64,000 nt of DNA, taken from positions 1 to 64,000 of the forward strand of contig JAAILG010001411.1 in NCBI GenBank assembly GCA_012026655.1, in the 5' to 3' direction. The stretch comes from Hydrolagus affinis. Lineage: Eukaryota. How positions within the stretch are numbered: position 1 is the first letter of the stretch; the number at the start of each line of letters is the position of its first letter. Positions 1 through 14,200 of the stretch are shown here, in pieces. The notes beneath the pieces were generated by a model. The model made no database searches. It worked only from the letters and a program-made list of their open reading frames with translations, and was not told where the DNA came from. Made by a program: the position numbers and the translations under genes.

Positions 1-69
1 GAAAATGTTTATATCGGCATATCAATATGAAAATTATATCGGATATAACCGATATATCGCCGGACCCTA
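1..69. mobile_element. Right end of a non-autonomous DNA transposon (hAT-like, TAGGG terminus)
   Basis: Reverse complement reads TAGGGTCCGGCGATATATCGG... with repeated CGATAT subterminal motifs; truncated by the window edge. Confidence 0.55.
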
Positions 70-2370
70 ATATATATACTGAATATATATCTGTCTAGTT
101 TTCTCGCTATCTCTCAGTGTGATCAACAACCCCAATTGATATACCCTTGTGGTATTCTAGAGAACTCAGTCCAAAGGCCAACATTTTTGGGGGTAAGGAA
201 AGGGCTTAATTCAAATGCAAGGATTATTATTATTAGGATCATTATTATGATTTTTATTATTAGTTCATTATATCCAACTCCAAAAAACGGTCTGAAAGCA
301 GTCCCTTTCGAGAATATACTTATTTTTAGTCATTACTTGAAGAATCAAGATTAAACATCTTAGAAGATATGACTGAGTCTATTGTATGGAGAAAGACAGA
401 AAATCTATTTTTTAATTAGTAGACAATTTACATTCATTTCCAGCGTTGGCAAAGAAGAGAGATCCGACGTCAATGAGGTTTCAGAGTGAGTGTAAATCTG
501 ACAGCTTAGGCAAAGAATGAGTCTGAGGGAACACAAAGTGGCTGAGATCAAATCAATCCTTGAGCTAAGATGATATTCATGTAGAAAAGCCATGTGAATA
601 TCAGTCTGTGCTGATCCAGCAATGAAGGCCTGGGCATTGTGAGTCAGGAAAGTTTGTACAAATCTGAGAGTTGAAGTGCCATATGTCTGGAACCAATAAC
701 TGCAGTACATGCATTACACCTACAAGAAATTCATCCTGTGAGTGTTAGGATTGTGAGAAAATAATGAACTTGTTTTTAAAAAACAAATTCCTCCTCACAT
801 CACATCAGTGATAAAACAATTCTTAGGCTTGATCCTTTGGTATTAAGCTTTCAGGAGTGAGTTGAACAGATGGTTCAGGCATACACTATTCTATATCTTC
901 TGTATCGTTTCTACTCAAGCTTCCACATCACTGTAGTTTTCATAATTTTTATGTACAATACCCATATCTTAATACCTGAACTAAACATACATGGAAACAA
1001 TCAACAACAGTCTTTTTGTTAATACTAGTCAAGTACATGCAAACTAAGCCAATTTGTGCTTTCAACCGCCTCAAAATGTTCTTCAATAAATGCACCAAAC
1101 TATTTCATAAATTGCCAAGAATCTGATCTTTGAACATTTCCACTGTATGAAATAAGCAATAACTACTCATTATATCAATCGTATTCAAATTCAGCAAGTG
1201 AAGATTAGCTTTGACAATGGAAATAAAATCAGAGAAACATCTGGCTTGCATTTACCTTGGCTCATTACATTTTGAAGAGGACAGTTTTTTTTCCCTGTTC
1301 AGAGCAAAGTAAAAGTTGTTTGCAATCATGCGTGCATTTGTAATGAGGCTTCCCCTCAGCAGGCAATGACAAAATAAAAATCATATTCTCTTTAGTAAGT
1401 TTCAAATCCTTGAAGAACAGGTTTTCTTAACTGGCACGTTAAGAAACAGAGAGAGAGTTGGTGATGATAAAACAATGTCACATTAAACAAGATGCAGATT
1501 GAGGAAAATGCTTGTAACAGACAACAATTATTTCCTGCTCAATAAGCTTCTTTTCTGACAAATATTGCTACATGTAATTCTCCATCTAAAATTGTTTATT
1601 TCAACATTGCTGTGGAACATCACTATGTGCTTACTGGCTGCCTTATTTGCCTACAAACACGTAGTGACTACATGTCACAGTAAAATCCTGTAAAGAGCTT
1701 TGAAATGTTTCAATGTTGTGATGACACTATGTCAAATTGCATGAATTCAATTATTATTATTATGATTGAAAATGCAGTTTTATTCAAGATTGAATAGTGA
1801 ACAAATACTGGCTTCTTGGCCCCATTGTCTTAAAACCATACCATGACATCCATGGCTTTTGGACTTCATTCATTTCTTTTTTCTAAAGGACAATTTATAA
1901 TTCCAATTTGAAAATTTTGAGAACAAGTTCCATTAAAACCAGCTGAGATTCTTTGGAACAACCTCACTTGCTCAAATATTTTTTCAGGCAGTAACACCTT
2001 TTTAAAATCAATGCTTAATCTCTGGTTCCTCTCAGTTTCCACTGTATTGCAAATACAGTACTGTACTCTCTAGCCCTTGTATGGTGCAAATCTGCTGGTG
2101 GAACAATCTCACTCTTATTTGCTCAGCAACATTCTTCTGTCACCTAATAAAGCATATTCTACCTCAGAACAGCCTCATAAATGCACCCAGCTCTTCTCTG
2201 TATTCCAAGATCCATCTGATATAAAGGATTCCTTACTAGTGCACCACAATTATAATGTTTCAATTTGTTTATTCCATCCTTTGGAGTAGAAAAAACAAAG
2301 TTTCTAACATGAATGCACTGCTGGTTACTGGCAAGGTTCCTAGTTAGCAACTCTTAGCCCCTATAGTATT

Positions 2371-2485
2371 ATTTCACCCACAAAATATGAAGTCAATTCA
2401 CTTTATAGAATATTCTGTGAAGTGCTTTGAGACATCTTGAAACCGTGAAAAGGTGCTATATCAAATGCAAGAATTATTATTATTA
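2371..2485 (+). mobile_element. 3' fragment of tRNA/Deu SINE
   Basis: cacaaaatat...gtcaattcacttta...atcaaatgcaag(att)n tail. Confidence 0.85.
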
Positions 2486-2821
2486 AGGAACCCTGTATTA
2501 AACCATTGTTTTTCAAATGCATTAAATCTCTGAGTATGTATTTTTCTAAAACAATATTCATTTGCTTAATGAACATAATGAACATAGACATTATAATGCA
2601 CTAGTTTAAGAACTTTCCATATTGTAACCTACTGTGAAGTGAAAATTGCTACATTTCAATTAAATCTGTCATGAAGCAATACATTTTCACCACTACATTT
2701 CTGATGTTTTGGATGATTTGTTGAAACAACAATAATAACAATAATCCCTGTATTTGTTACAGTGCCTGTTACATTGAAACTCTTCAAGGTGCTTTACAGT
2801 AATTACTGTTCAGTATAATAA

Positions 2822-3128
2822 TATAATAAACCTTGCATTTGATGTAGCGCTTTTCACGCCTTCTAGATGTCTCCAAGTGTTTCGCAGAGTATATTGTAAA
2901 GTGAATTGACTTTATATATGTGGACGAAACATAGCAGCCAAGTGTGCGCAGCAGTGTCCTATAAGCAGACATAGATTGAAATGACCAATTTATTATTGTA
3001 TTTTTTCAAGGCATTATTATTAGGCGTGTGGAGTAAGGAAACTTGCCCAAGGTTTCACCCTGCCTGGAATTGAACCCAGGTCACTCGTTTGTGAAGTGAG
3101 TGTTCTAACCACTAAGCTACAGGACTCC
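2822..3128 (-). mobile_element. Full-length tRNA-derived SINE (SINE2-1_CM-like)
   Basis: A/B-box head (reverse complement of ggagtcctgtagcttagtggttag), cttgggcaagtttccttactcc core, L2-like tail. Confidence 0.9.
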
Positions 3129-4309
3129 AGTATAGTGATTCTTTGTTAGCTATGACAGTAACCGATTTACAGATTGCAAAGGAAATGCATGATCATTTTA
3201 CTTCTATTAACTGTAACAAATACAGTATTGCTTTCAAATGATATAATATATAATATAAAAGTATAATTCAAAGGGACCCTCCTCTACAAATATATCTACA
3301 CACACTAAAGAAACCTAATTTAAGACAGCCTTTACATCCCATCCTCAAGTTGTAATTAATCTATGAAAATGACATGGCACCTCACATATTTCCTATTTCT
3401 CTTGTTAACATGTTTCAATGCTCTCAATCTTGTGATGTTGTGTTCCTGGCCTCACAATTGAGAGGAACTAGTGTCTAAAGAATGAGGTCATGGCAACATA
3501 CAAACAAAAGCATGGAGGAGATAGGGATCTCCACACCAAAATCTAAATATCTGAAGAATCAAAGGCAGCTATTTTAACTACATTCTTTTAAAACCAAATA
3601 CTAAATGGATTTGTTTCAGCAAATTAAATTTCAATTTTTTTTATTAGGAGCAGTGTTCAGAATTTTCTCAAGTTTATAGCTGTATTTCTCAGATTAGCAC
3701 TATTTGTTTACTCATATAAGTATTTATCCATGTTTTGGCCATTTTCTATATTAGAGCATGTTTGCTTTGTTGTATGTAGCCCGTGCACCGGGTTTAATTC
3801 TCCAAACAAAATGGGAGACAAGAAGCCTATGTTTAGACCCAGGTCCATGATATTTTGAAACAGCCACTTGGAGGTGCAGGAGGTTATTCACCTTCTGCCA
3901 TTTCCTGTTGGGAAATTATGAACTCATTATAGGGTAGAGTCACATAACTGTGAACCCATGGCCAACCACTTAGTGGTGCTGTGTATTGATACACCAGCAA
4001 ATCTACTAGGCTGTCCCCTGGCTGACTTTTAAAAATGATCTTTTTAAACCATTGTTTAATTTCCAAAGTACTATATAAGTACACCGCTTACATAGACTGC
4101 TTTTAAATTCACCAACAAAACACATGGATATACAGGCATATGATTAAAGCGGCACAAGTAAAATATCATCACCACGTCACTTGGTCTCCACATAAATATA
4201 AATTCATCTGGAACAGGTTAACAAATAATTGTTACAGTCTGTTTATTTTGTTAAAGGAAAGCCACCTGAAGGCACCCCTAAAATGCACAGCCTCATGTAC
4301 TGAGCCCCA

Positions 4310-4450
4310 TAGCTCAGGAATGTCCCAATTCAGTCCTTGGGCCATTTTGATTTAACTGATCTCAGGCAGGAGACAGTAGGGCTACTGCAACTATTACAGT
4401 TAGCCTGTGCATCCCTTTTGTCAGAGAGTAGCAATGTAGGGTGAGGGGGG
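4310..4450 (+). mobile_element. Ancient AmnSINE2-like fragment
   Basis: actgatctcaggcagg...gtagggctac...; resembles 60290-60455 and 61930-62320; family name from recollection. Confidence 0.4.
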
Positions 4451-4502
4451 CTCTGTCGTCTGGAATTTTTTTTATTGTTCACTACTACATTGCCTCAAAC
4501 AG

Positions 4503-4554
4503 AAATTGTACATACTGAGAGAGATATAAAATTGTACACACTGAGAGAGATATA
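4503..4554. repeat. 26-bp tandem duplication
   Basis: aaattgtaca(t/c)actgagagagatata x2. Confidence 0.9.
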
Positions 4555-6257
4555 AAACATCAGTTAGACCCTGGAAAACTGAACCCCGCAGCAGTAAGTA
4601 CCTATGGGAGACGAATGAAGAAAAGTTTGCATAATTGTGCACTCTGCTTAAGATGGACCTTAAACCAACATTTCATTAGTTGAAGCTTGACTCTTAGTTG
4701 CACGAGTGAACCCTTTAAGCATAATGGTCCATTTAGGAGCTTTCATAAAAATCCACAACAGTCATGGGAAAATGTGCATGGGGCCCTAAAGGCTGTACCC
4801 TGTGCTTTCTTGCAACTTGCCCATGCTGTGCTGAAAATCTGTTGTCTCAGGCAATGGCAGCAAAACACATTAAAAAGTCAGGACCCTGTGAATTTATGAG
4901 AAGTGCATCACCATGACAAATATTTCAGCCCCGCAACTCCATTCGCCCTTTTTGGATGTGTGTCCGTTGCAGTCGAGGCCTAAATTGAAAAATCAATTCC
5001 AATTTAAATTATTGGAATAAAGAACACCAGGAGTCAGAGATAAAAAGGCTCTGTTCTCAAAGATTCTCTTTAATTGGAAAGTCATTTCTTCAGGGTATTC
5101 TAATGGTTCACAGGGAAGATTGCAAAATAAAGTTGATGGGCTGGGGAAAGGTTAATAGCTGCTATGCTATTTTGCACAGAAACATTGTTTCCTCAGCTCT
5201 GCTAAAGCATCAAACAAAGAAAAATAACTTGCATAATTCTGGTTCTTGTTGTATATTGTTATTTTCTTTTGGCCCGGTTTGGTATTTGGGAAGCAGAATT
5301 TTTGCTCACGGGTTTCTACTGATGTTTATAAAAGGGAAGGCAAAATAAAGAAAAGGTAACCCCTGTTCATGTGAAACTCAATTTCATGGCACATTATCTT
5401 TTCCCGTTCTTTCCTCTCAGCTCTCATTTTCATTAAGACCACAGACAAGCATAAATTAATAATTACTTCAGGTTGAATAAATGCAGGGCATCCTTTTAGC
5501 CCTCATTTTCCTCGCTGGTCCTTCATGTTCATGCTTGCAAAATGTTAATTTAAATAATGTGCCTTGCCCTCATGTTGTACGATTCTGTTTTGCAGTTTCA
5601 CTAATACATAATGGTTTGTTCTGATTAGGCTGCAATGCCTTTATCTTTTGTTAAATCAAGCCTTTCATTATCCTCATGTAGAATTAATATCCGTTCATTG
5701 CCTGGGAACAACTTTGACCAAAGCTTTTGCCACCACCTCCAGATTTTTCCCCTTTTCTATATTTTCCATAGTAGTCAACAAAGTTGATCAATTTTGTATT
5801 ATGTTCAACATAGACATGCTCAAAGATACATCACAGTCCGAATCTATACAACACTCACTTTTTTTAAAGTATATTTTTGCTTATCGTAGTGCATTTTAAT
5901 GCCATTTTGATCTCTGTCTGCATATGAAAACAATAATGTGTATATATTACACTTTTTTGTGATCTACTGATAGCATGTTACATGTCTTGAAATTTTCTAT
6001 GGTATATTATAGTCTCAGATCACACAGCACTGCTGTAACTTCAGCCTCAATCAAAAATCACTTTGAGTTAGTATATACCATCACCGCATCACATATTAAC
6101 TGTAAGAAGTCCACGTTTAATAGAAAATGTGCTACATGTAAAATAATATGCAATAATCTAAGATAATTTAAGGTGTTAGTTCACTGTAGGGATTCAGATA
6201 ACAAACCTAACCATAATGACTTGGACAACAGATTTGCAATTAACTTACTGTTTCTAT

Positions 6258-6530
6258 AATATAATAATAATCCTTGCATTTGATATAGCGCGTCTCAAAG
6301 TGCATCACGGAATATACTGTAAAGTGAATTCACTGTATATTTGTGGGTGAAACATGACACCGGTGTCCCACACACAGTCGTAGATTGAAGGGAAATTTAA
6401 TTTTCCCTTGAGGGATTATTACCAGACGTGTGGAGTAAGGAAACTTGCTGAAGGTTTTGCCCTGCTGGGAATCGAACCCAGATCTCTCGCTTGCGAGGCA
6501 TATTCTCTAACCACTGAGCTACAGGGTTCC
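6258..6530 (-). mobile_element. tRNA/Deu SINE, internally deleted
   Basis: Same family as 2822-3128. Confidence 0.9.
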
Positions 6531-6601
6531 TGGATAATTAACATCTCTGTATATTTCAGGATCGGTGTTTAGTACTGGCCTGACACACTATGAATATATA
6601 G

Positions 6602-6928
6602 TGGAGCTCCTGTAGCTTAGTGGTTAAAGCACTCACCTTATAAGCATGAGACCTGTGTTCGAATCCAGGCAGATCAGGGCAAAACCTTGGGCAAGTTTCC
6701 TTACTCCACACACGCGCCGAATAATAATCCCTCCAAAAAAACACCATCATAAAAAAAGTTGGTCAGTTTCAATCCACGACTGTTTGTGGGGATGCTGCTG
6801 TGCGCAATTGGTTGTTGTGTGTCACTCACAAATATAGTCAATTCACTTTACAGTATATTCGGTGAAGTGCTTTGAGACATCGATAAGATGTGAAAAGCAC
6901 TATATCAAATACAAGGATTATTATTATA
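6602..6928 (+). mobile_element. tRNA/Deu SINE, full length
   Basis: ggagctcctgtagcttagtggtt...gttcgaatcc...aaggattattatta. Confidence 0.92.
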
Positions 6929-8559
6929 TTCATGGTTTGTGTTTTTTGTATCCCACTCTGTTGTCACATTCAGTCTCAATTCAACCAGAAATGTGGCCCA
7001 CGGTTTTCACCCATGTTCCTTGATGTCACTATACAAATGTAATTTTATTGTTCTTGGTGTTGCTGTTGTCAGATGACAGAGAGCATATATTGTGGAGAGA
7101 TGGCAGATTCCTATTGGATTTTTCGTTCTTAGAGTTGGTGAGTGCTCCACTTTCACCAAGAACCATTAAAGTTGGGAGACCGGCTTCAGGAAATGATCAC
7201 ATCCAAGTGCCAGTCATGGCTCAAATTCAAACCCCTGACAGCTGAAAGGATACACCTTCAATTACTTGAATTAAGCCCTCATCAATTTGGCTGCTCTGTA
7301 TTTTAATTTTATTAGTGTCTTTTTAGCATCTTCATCAAGGTGTATTGCCAGTTTTTGAAGGGACAATGTTGTCAATAATTTGTGGCTTCAAACTGCTTAA
7401 AGTACAATTATTTTGAAACTGACTGTGGATTTACATAGCACCTGCCCTTTTCATTACCCCACAATTGATCTCTGTTCAGGAATATCATCTTAACAAGCTG
7501 GAATCTCAGAATGGACCACCCAGGATTTCCAACCATCAGGAAATGTGAAGCCAATTTAAAGGGTCACCAGCAACTCCATGCATTTACTCTTTCATTTATT
7601 CCCTTTTTCCGCCTGGAAATTTTAGGAATTAAGTTTTTTTCCGTAAAAACAAACCAGTCGGATTGAAAAAAAAGGGTAAACTGGGCTCCAGGGAAAATGT
7701 CACTAAATGTGCACTTTCAATTAGAAATAATTGAGTTAAATAGGGCAAATGATTAACTTCTTGATAGATCTAAAAAAAAATCAATTAGTCTCCATAAGAG
7801 CAACCTACTGAGGTTTGGGAGGCTGTGTTTTCCACTACTGTAAATTGAACTCTTTTGGGGGCTTGGTTGCTAGATGATACAAAACAATGAAGCTTTCTGC
7901 AGTATGTGTTTTCCATTCCATTATAATCCACAAATGCTTCTTTATCACAACTAAAATTTATTGATTCTAGTCAGTAAAATAATAAATTGGCATCAAATCT
8001 ATCCAACCTGTGTTTCATGCCCAACCAATAGTAATTTAAGTTGTTTTGTGAATTAATTTTCTATTATCACTCAACATAAAAAATTTAAATCTAGTCTTTT
8101 TTTTCGAACATATGAGTTTACTTGACGATTTTCATCTTTCACTCTAACATCTAATTGAAATCCAATATCCTTGATCCATGGTATTGGCAATAAACTGGAA
8201 AGCTACCTGCCTTAAAAGAAAGAAGTTTGGTGAATGTTTAAAAGGTTAGTAGGTTTCACAAAAAGTACTCATTTCAGATTACTAATCATTGGACATTACC
8301 AGTGTTCATTTATCTAAAGTATGATAACAGCTGCCAAAGCTTTATTTTGGCTTCACCCTCAAAAGACAGTCTGTTTCAATCTTATAAGGTTTCAATCCAG
8401 CTAGAGCTAATTTGTCACTAATTACATGAGCCTTAAACTGCTTTAAACATGAAAAATGTTGTCAAATCCCTGCTTAAAATCCAAGTAACTCATATTAACT
8501 GGTTAGAGTTAATTCACTCACTTGGTTACTATCTTGAAGAATTCCAGTACATTTCTAAG

Positions 8560-9000
8560 ATGCGTCAAAGTAGCAGGGCAAAAGATCACTGATTCAAGGA
8601 TGTGAAGGGCATTTTTAGGACAGACATCAAGAAGTATCTTTTTACACAGAGAGTAATCAATAGCTGGAAATAGCTTATTAAGAAGAGTGTTTGAGGCCAT
8701 GACACAAGCTTGATTCTCATAAATGACAACCAGAACCACAAGAGCAGTGGTCGACTTTTATGGGGCGATGTTCCAAATTGACTTTGGGATACCATGTTAC
8801 ATAGAGTACCTAGATTTACAAAAGGCATTTAATGTAATATCACTTGAAAGATTTCTTTGCAAACCGTTGCTAGTGGTTCCAATACATGGAAGTGGATTTG
8901 GAATTGGGAAGGAAGGAATGTGTTAGGGCAGCTTCAAATGGGGAGAGGTATTAAGTTGGGTGCCTCAGGGCTTCCAATGGAACTCCTCAGGATACTTCCA
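8560..9000 (+). mobile_element. Degraded CR1 LINE fragments
   Basis: RTDIKKYLFTQRVINSW-like C-terminal segment and YLDLQKAF reverse-transcriptase motif. Confidence 0.65.
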
Positions 9001-10278
9001 TTCATTGACTGGGTTTGGAGACTCAGTACAATGCAGTTAAATTTTAAGATTTTGCTTTTTATCAACTCTTAAGACCCTCCTCTTCGACCATGCCTTCAGC
9101 CACCCTCCTAAACCTCCCTTTGTGCTCTCCATCCATCCTGACAGTGTATGTGTGGTCAGGTGGTGCACAGTGAAAACATTCTTGTTTCTTTTAAATCAAG
9201 AACCAATACAACCACACTGACATATTTGTGAAGCACAGTTTATAACCCACACCTCATCCTGTACAATGGCTCTCTAATTTTGATGAAAGCTGATCCAACA
9301 TCGATTTAATGAAGTAAGTATAATTTAATCAAACTTCCTCCAACCAGATTAGTGCAACAGCATCAAAGTTAAAGGCATTTGTGTAATTTATCTCGATTGG
9401 ATTAGCAACCTATCCATGATGCATGGCTTGCAGTAAATACGTAAGAATATGTATATTTTGAATATATGCAAAATGCTCTGAAGATTCAAGGTGCTGAATA
9501 AAATGGTTGGAACTGAAAAAGTATACTCGGCAACTCTGGACTGTGCATTTTAATTTGCGTTTTTTAAAAATGTGTTTTGCATATATTAGGTTCTTTGTGT
9601 TTAAAACCTAAGGAGATTGAAAAAATAGGAAGGTTTCCTTTTCAATTTTATTTCTTTTACAGGATTATGTCAATTGTGAAAAATGGTAGGAAAAAATGCA
9701 ATAAAAACAGAAAAAATGTTCCAATGACTAACTGTCAGCTTTGATCAGTGAGTGGGCCAAAGTAAATCTTAAACAATACATTTCCATTTATTAAAAAATG
9801 TGTGGTGGCTTTTAAGACAGTTTTATTTAAGTAATGCAAATACGAAATGGGCTCATTTTTAATGACTTGAATATCTTGCAGAGTCCATTGAATATCCAGT
9901 TTAAAAATTGCTTTCAAGTTTCAAACAACATTTTGAACAAATCCAGTATAATTCTCCAAGAAAAATAAATCCTAAACTTTCACTGCATTCTATATAATCT
10001 TCTCACATCCTAGAAAACAAGTAGCTTTTAATGAGCATGATCTGGCAAAAGTGAACCAACCATCTTATCAAGTGACATTTCACCAGAATTGAAAGTTTCA
10101 GGATTTGTTGCATTCATACTTCCAGGAGCAATGCACAGACTTATTTGCTTCCGAAATTTAATGGACAGGAATATTTAAGTGCACTTTAATTCATGAATTT
10201 GTCCCTCATATCATTGATGAGTCTATACTTTCTAAAATGATGTCCCAAATTAGGAATGCAACACTCCAGTTTCCTATT

Positions 10279-10392
10279 TAATAATAATAATACTTTCATT
10301 TGATATAGTGCTTTCACGTCTTCTAGACATCTCAAAGTGCTTCACCGAATATACTGTAAAATGAAATGACTGTACATTTGTGGTTGAAACAT
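10279..10392 (-). mobile_element. SINE 3' fragment
   Basis: (taa)n followed by the reverse complement of the SINE tail. Confidence 0.8.
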
Positions 10393-10635
10393 CCATTTAC
10401 AGGCAATATTAGATAATTGGATAAAATGAAGATGTGTGAAATTGAAGGTAATCCATCGGCATGGAGAGGAATTCATTTGGAAGGTTAGAAGCAGACCATT
10501 AAGAATTAAAAAATATATTTTTCTGATTGGTGGGTGGTGACATCAGGAATAGAAGCTGTGTCATCAGCTTTTCATTTTAGATACAAAATGTGACACTCAT
10601 TAATAAATGTTATTTTATCAAATATTTAATCAATG

Positions 10636-10752
10636 TGGTTTCACCCACAAAATAAATATACAGTCAATACACTTTACAGTGTATTCTGTAATGCACTTTG
10701 AGATGCCTAGAAGATGTGATGAAGCACTATATAAAATGCAAGGATTATTATA
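10636..10752 (+). mobile_element. SINE 3' fragment
   Basis: cagtcaatacactttacagt...aaggattatta. Confidence 0.8.
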
Positions 10753-10769
10753 TGATATCTGATATTAAC

Positions 10770-11195
10770 AATAATACATGTTGTAATTTGATATAGCACA
10801 TCATCACGTCATCAAAACATCTCAAAGCACATCACAGGGTATTCTGTTAAGTGAACTGACTGTATTTTGTGGGCAAAATGCGGCAGCCAATTTTCACACA
10901 GAAACTGCCAGAAACTGCCACGGATTGAACGACCAGGTTATTTGGTGGATATTTGTCCAGGAGTTTCTATTTCTTCTCTTTTCAAATAGTGCAATGGAAT
11001 CTTTAATGTCCACCTGAATAGGCAGACAAGATCTCAGTTTAATGTTTCATCTGAAGGACAACATGCCACAAACTGCCAGCAATTCTTTAGAATGTCATCT
11101 TAGACTATGTGATTTCAAGTCCCAACGGGACGTTGTTGAATCCACAACGTTCTGACTCAGAAGCAAGAATACTACTACTGTACCAGGCTGCCAAG
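10770..11195 (-). mobile_element. Older DeuSINE with tRNA head and long Deu domain
   Basis: Reverse complement of the Deu domain (caaatagtgcaatggaatctttaatgtccacctga) and head (ttctgactcagaagcaagaatactact). Confidence 0.75.
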
Positions 11196-12339
11196 AAACA
11201 GCATTTTTCACCTCAGCATCAGCATCCTCATTTCCCACTAGCAGCTGGAGAGCAGGATTTCTGAGCTACTTCAAAGGTATAACTCAATCTGAGGTGATGG
11301 GAGAAATCATTGCTCAATTCCTTGCACCACAAGTTGGAACTGGCTTCGTTAGAATATAAAGTTGAAAGACACAACTGCAAAAAAAAAACAGCTAAACATT
11401 GGTCAGCATCCAAAAAATTGTTATACTGTCTGCTTTAGAGCAAACTTTGCGGTGAAGCAAAAGTGCATAGTAAACAAACAATACGGTAGCCAATGCAATG
11501 CATTAATTAATCACATTCATGTGTGTTGTAACATCACAGTGCAAATGATTGAACAAAGCTGTGTTGCCACTGAATGCTATTTGGCTCCTTCGCAGTTGTA
11601 TTTGTGTACATGAGAGGTAAATGGCATTGTTTCAGTGTTATGTTGCTCAATGCCTCTGCCAAAGGAAACATTCTATTGCAGAGTTTGGCCTGAAGTACAA
11701 ATCACATTTCCTATTTTTTTGCAAAATTTCCAGAGGACTAAAATGGCTGGTTCCAGTCTGCTTAAGACTCTACAAAAGGACAGTGAAATTGTTTATTGTC
11801 AAATAGAATATCAAATAAAGCACAGAAGCATCTTTGCTTTTCACATACAGCTAAATTGTTGTTTCACTTTTGTTTATCATCAGGATGCAACATTCAAACT
11901 TTCTGATCCAAGCAAGGACCCACATTAGCTTAAATGTGCAAAGTTAATGTAACCTTTCAATATTATTTTTACAAGTGAGCCAAAAATATTTAAGTGAATT
12001 TTCTTGTTGTTGAGAAATGTTATGAACTTGACACCAATCACAAAATAATGGGAATCCGCAACGTTTGTTAATCTACAATTTATGTTTTGTTAATGATGAA
12101 TGGTAGAAATTGTACAGTTCCTCGCAGCTTTACACACAGAATTTTTCATATTCTCTTCAGACATGATGAATCTTAAATTCCAAGTCCAATATCTGGTACA
12201 GCTGACAAGCCATTTGCTATGGTTTTGATTACAAGCATCTCAGAGGATGAAGTGGTCAGGTGGTATAGCTGAAGAAGATATCATGAAAATAACTTCACGG
12301 CACATCTCTAGATTTGGATATATCTCATAGACTGATGAT

Positions 12340-13110
12340 AGAAGATATAACTCACAAGATCACAAGATTGGTTGGATAAAAAAGGATCTGTCCCCATCTG
12401 AGGTCCTCCTTTCAGAACACACATCAAACTGCTTTTTAAATAAGTCCAATGTCCTGGCCTCTACTTCTTTCAGGCATTGATTGTCACCTGCATAAAGAAA
12501 ATCTTTCTGGTACCTATCCTGAAATTGCCCTTAACAGCTTTACTCATATGATCTCTAATTCTACTGATAATAGAACATGGTGCATCCTAAAACATTGATC
12601 TGGGTTTACTTTTTTTAATTGCATATAAAATTTTATATATCTTTATGAAGACCTGCATTCAATTTCCAGCAGGGTGAAATGTTGGGCAAGTTTTCTCACT
12701 CCATACACCTCTGTTTCTCTAGTAGTAAGCAGAAACACAGTTGTTAGTCGATTGGTGGATCACTTTTCTGGGGGTAATAATTTCTTTAAAAAACGTCACT
12801 TCAATCCACGACTGTTTGTGGGACACTGCTGTGCACAATTGGTTGCAACATTTTGCCCATTCACTTTACAGTATATTCTGTGAACATCCATTCACTTCAC
12901 AGTATATTCTGTGAAGCGCTTCGAGACGTCTCACAGAAGTGATAAGGCCTATATCAAATTCAAGGATTATTACTATTATTATTGATATAGTTAATTCCTC
13001 CCAAACTGCTGATCATCTCATTGTTTTACTCTGCATTGCCTCTAAGGGCCTAGAAAACCCCCTAATGTTGCAGTGACCAGAACTGTACACAATATTCAAG
13101 GTGTGGCCTC
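12340..13110 (-). mobile_element. CR1 LINE 3' remnant interrupted by a SINE
   Basis: Tail aagatcacaagat and CR1-type gaccagaactgtacacaatattcaaggtgtggcct. Confidence 0.6.
12650..12983 (+). mobile_element. SINE variant with an extra central segment
   Basis: Family core plus ctctgtttctctagtagtaagcag...gattggtggatcac; internal tail duplication. Confidence 0.8.
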
Positions 13111-13801
13111 CCCTGGTATTAAGGAGAAGATAATTCCTAAACCAAGATTATACACAAGAGGCACCTCCCTTGAATTTCCTGGATTTGCTTTTTGAAAGGG
13201 ATTTACTGTATTTTACATTTGTCGGTATGGAAAAATGTTCATGTGCAAAACAATGGAGATCAAAAGTCCAGAAAGCATTACGCTCTTTAGAATTTAGGAA
13301 AATTCATGATTTTGTTCAAAATGTTTTGGTTGTGAATCTATTAATGTAATTAATTTATTTTCAAAATAAATTGAGTTGATATTTTGTGAAAATGATTTAT
13401 TATAGAATTGGATATAAAAATACTGCAAGCTTTTTTTGTTTTAAATTTGTTATCTTGTTGTTATGTTGTTTCAACTGAGAGATTGCCAAGTACAGAAACA
13501 TATGTCCAGCAATATGAAAGAGATCATACATAGTATAAGATCAGACTACTTCTGCAGATGATAAGTTGGAGTGATGACACATATCTCTAAGAGTCATTGC
13601 TACAGGTGTAATAATAAATTAACAAGGACCGCACATTTCATTTTCATGTCAATTGAAGGTAAAATAATTATAGAGTATTTTGGATATCATGCAAGTATCA
13701 TCAGAAATGGAGTCAAACTTTGCAAATAGGATTCAGGTTGCTAACTGGATCCAGTATTCTTGAGAATTAGTCAATGCATTCATATCACTTCACATTATTG
13801 T

Positions 13802-14099
13802 GGAGTCCTGTAGCTCAGTGGTTAGAGCACTTGCCTTGCAAGCGAGACCTGGGTTTGATTCAAGGCAGGACGAAACCTTGGGCAAGTTTCCTTACTCCAC
13901 ATGCCTATAATAATCTGCTGAAAAAAACAGTAATAAATTAGTCATTTCAATCCACGACTGTTTGTGGGCAATTGGCTGCCACATTTGACCTACAAATATA
14001 CAGACAATTCATTTTACAGTGTATTCTGTGAAGCGCTTTGAGATGTCTAGTGGACGTGAAAAGCGCCATATCAAATGCAAGGATTGTTATTATTATTAT
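13802..14099 (+). mobile_element. tRNA/Deu SINE, full length
   Basis: ggagtcctgtagctcagtggttagagc... Confidence 0.92.
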
Positions 14100-14200
14100 C
14101 ACGAGTTAAATGTCTTTTGGATGTAGACAACTGGCAATGGGATAAGAATAGATTCAATGAGATCCACAATTCAATTAATCATTGTGCCATAATCAGAATC

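Noticed and set aside
405-720. 101-aa minus-strand ORF with an upstream AG as a possible exon
   Set aside because: No recognisable homology, and it lies beyond the DACH1 poly(A) signal
13802-13875. tRNA gene
   Set aside because: It is the head of a SINE and continues directly into the SINE body and tail; many degenerate copies are present
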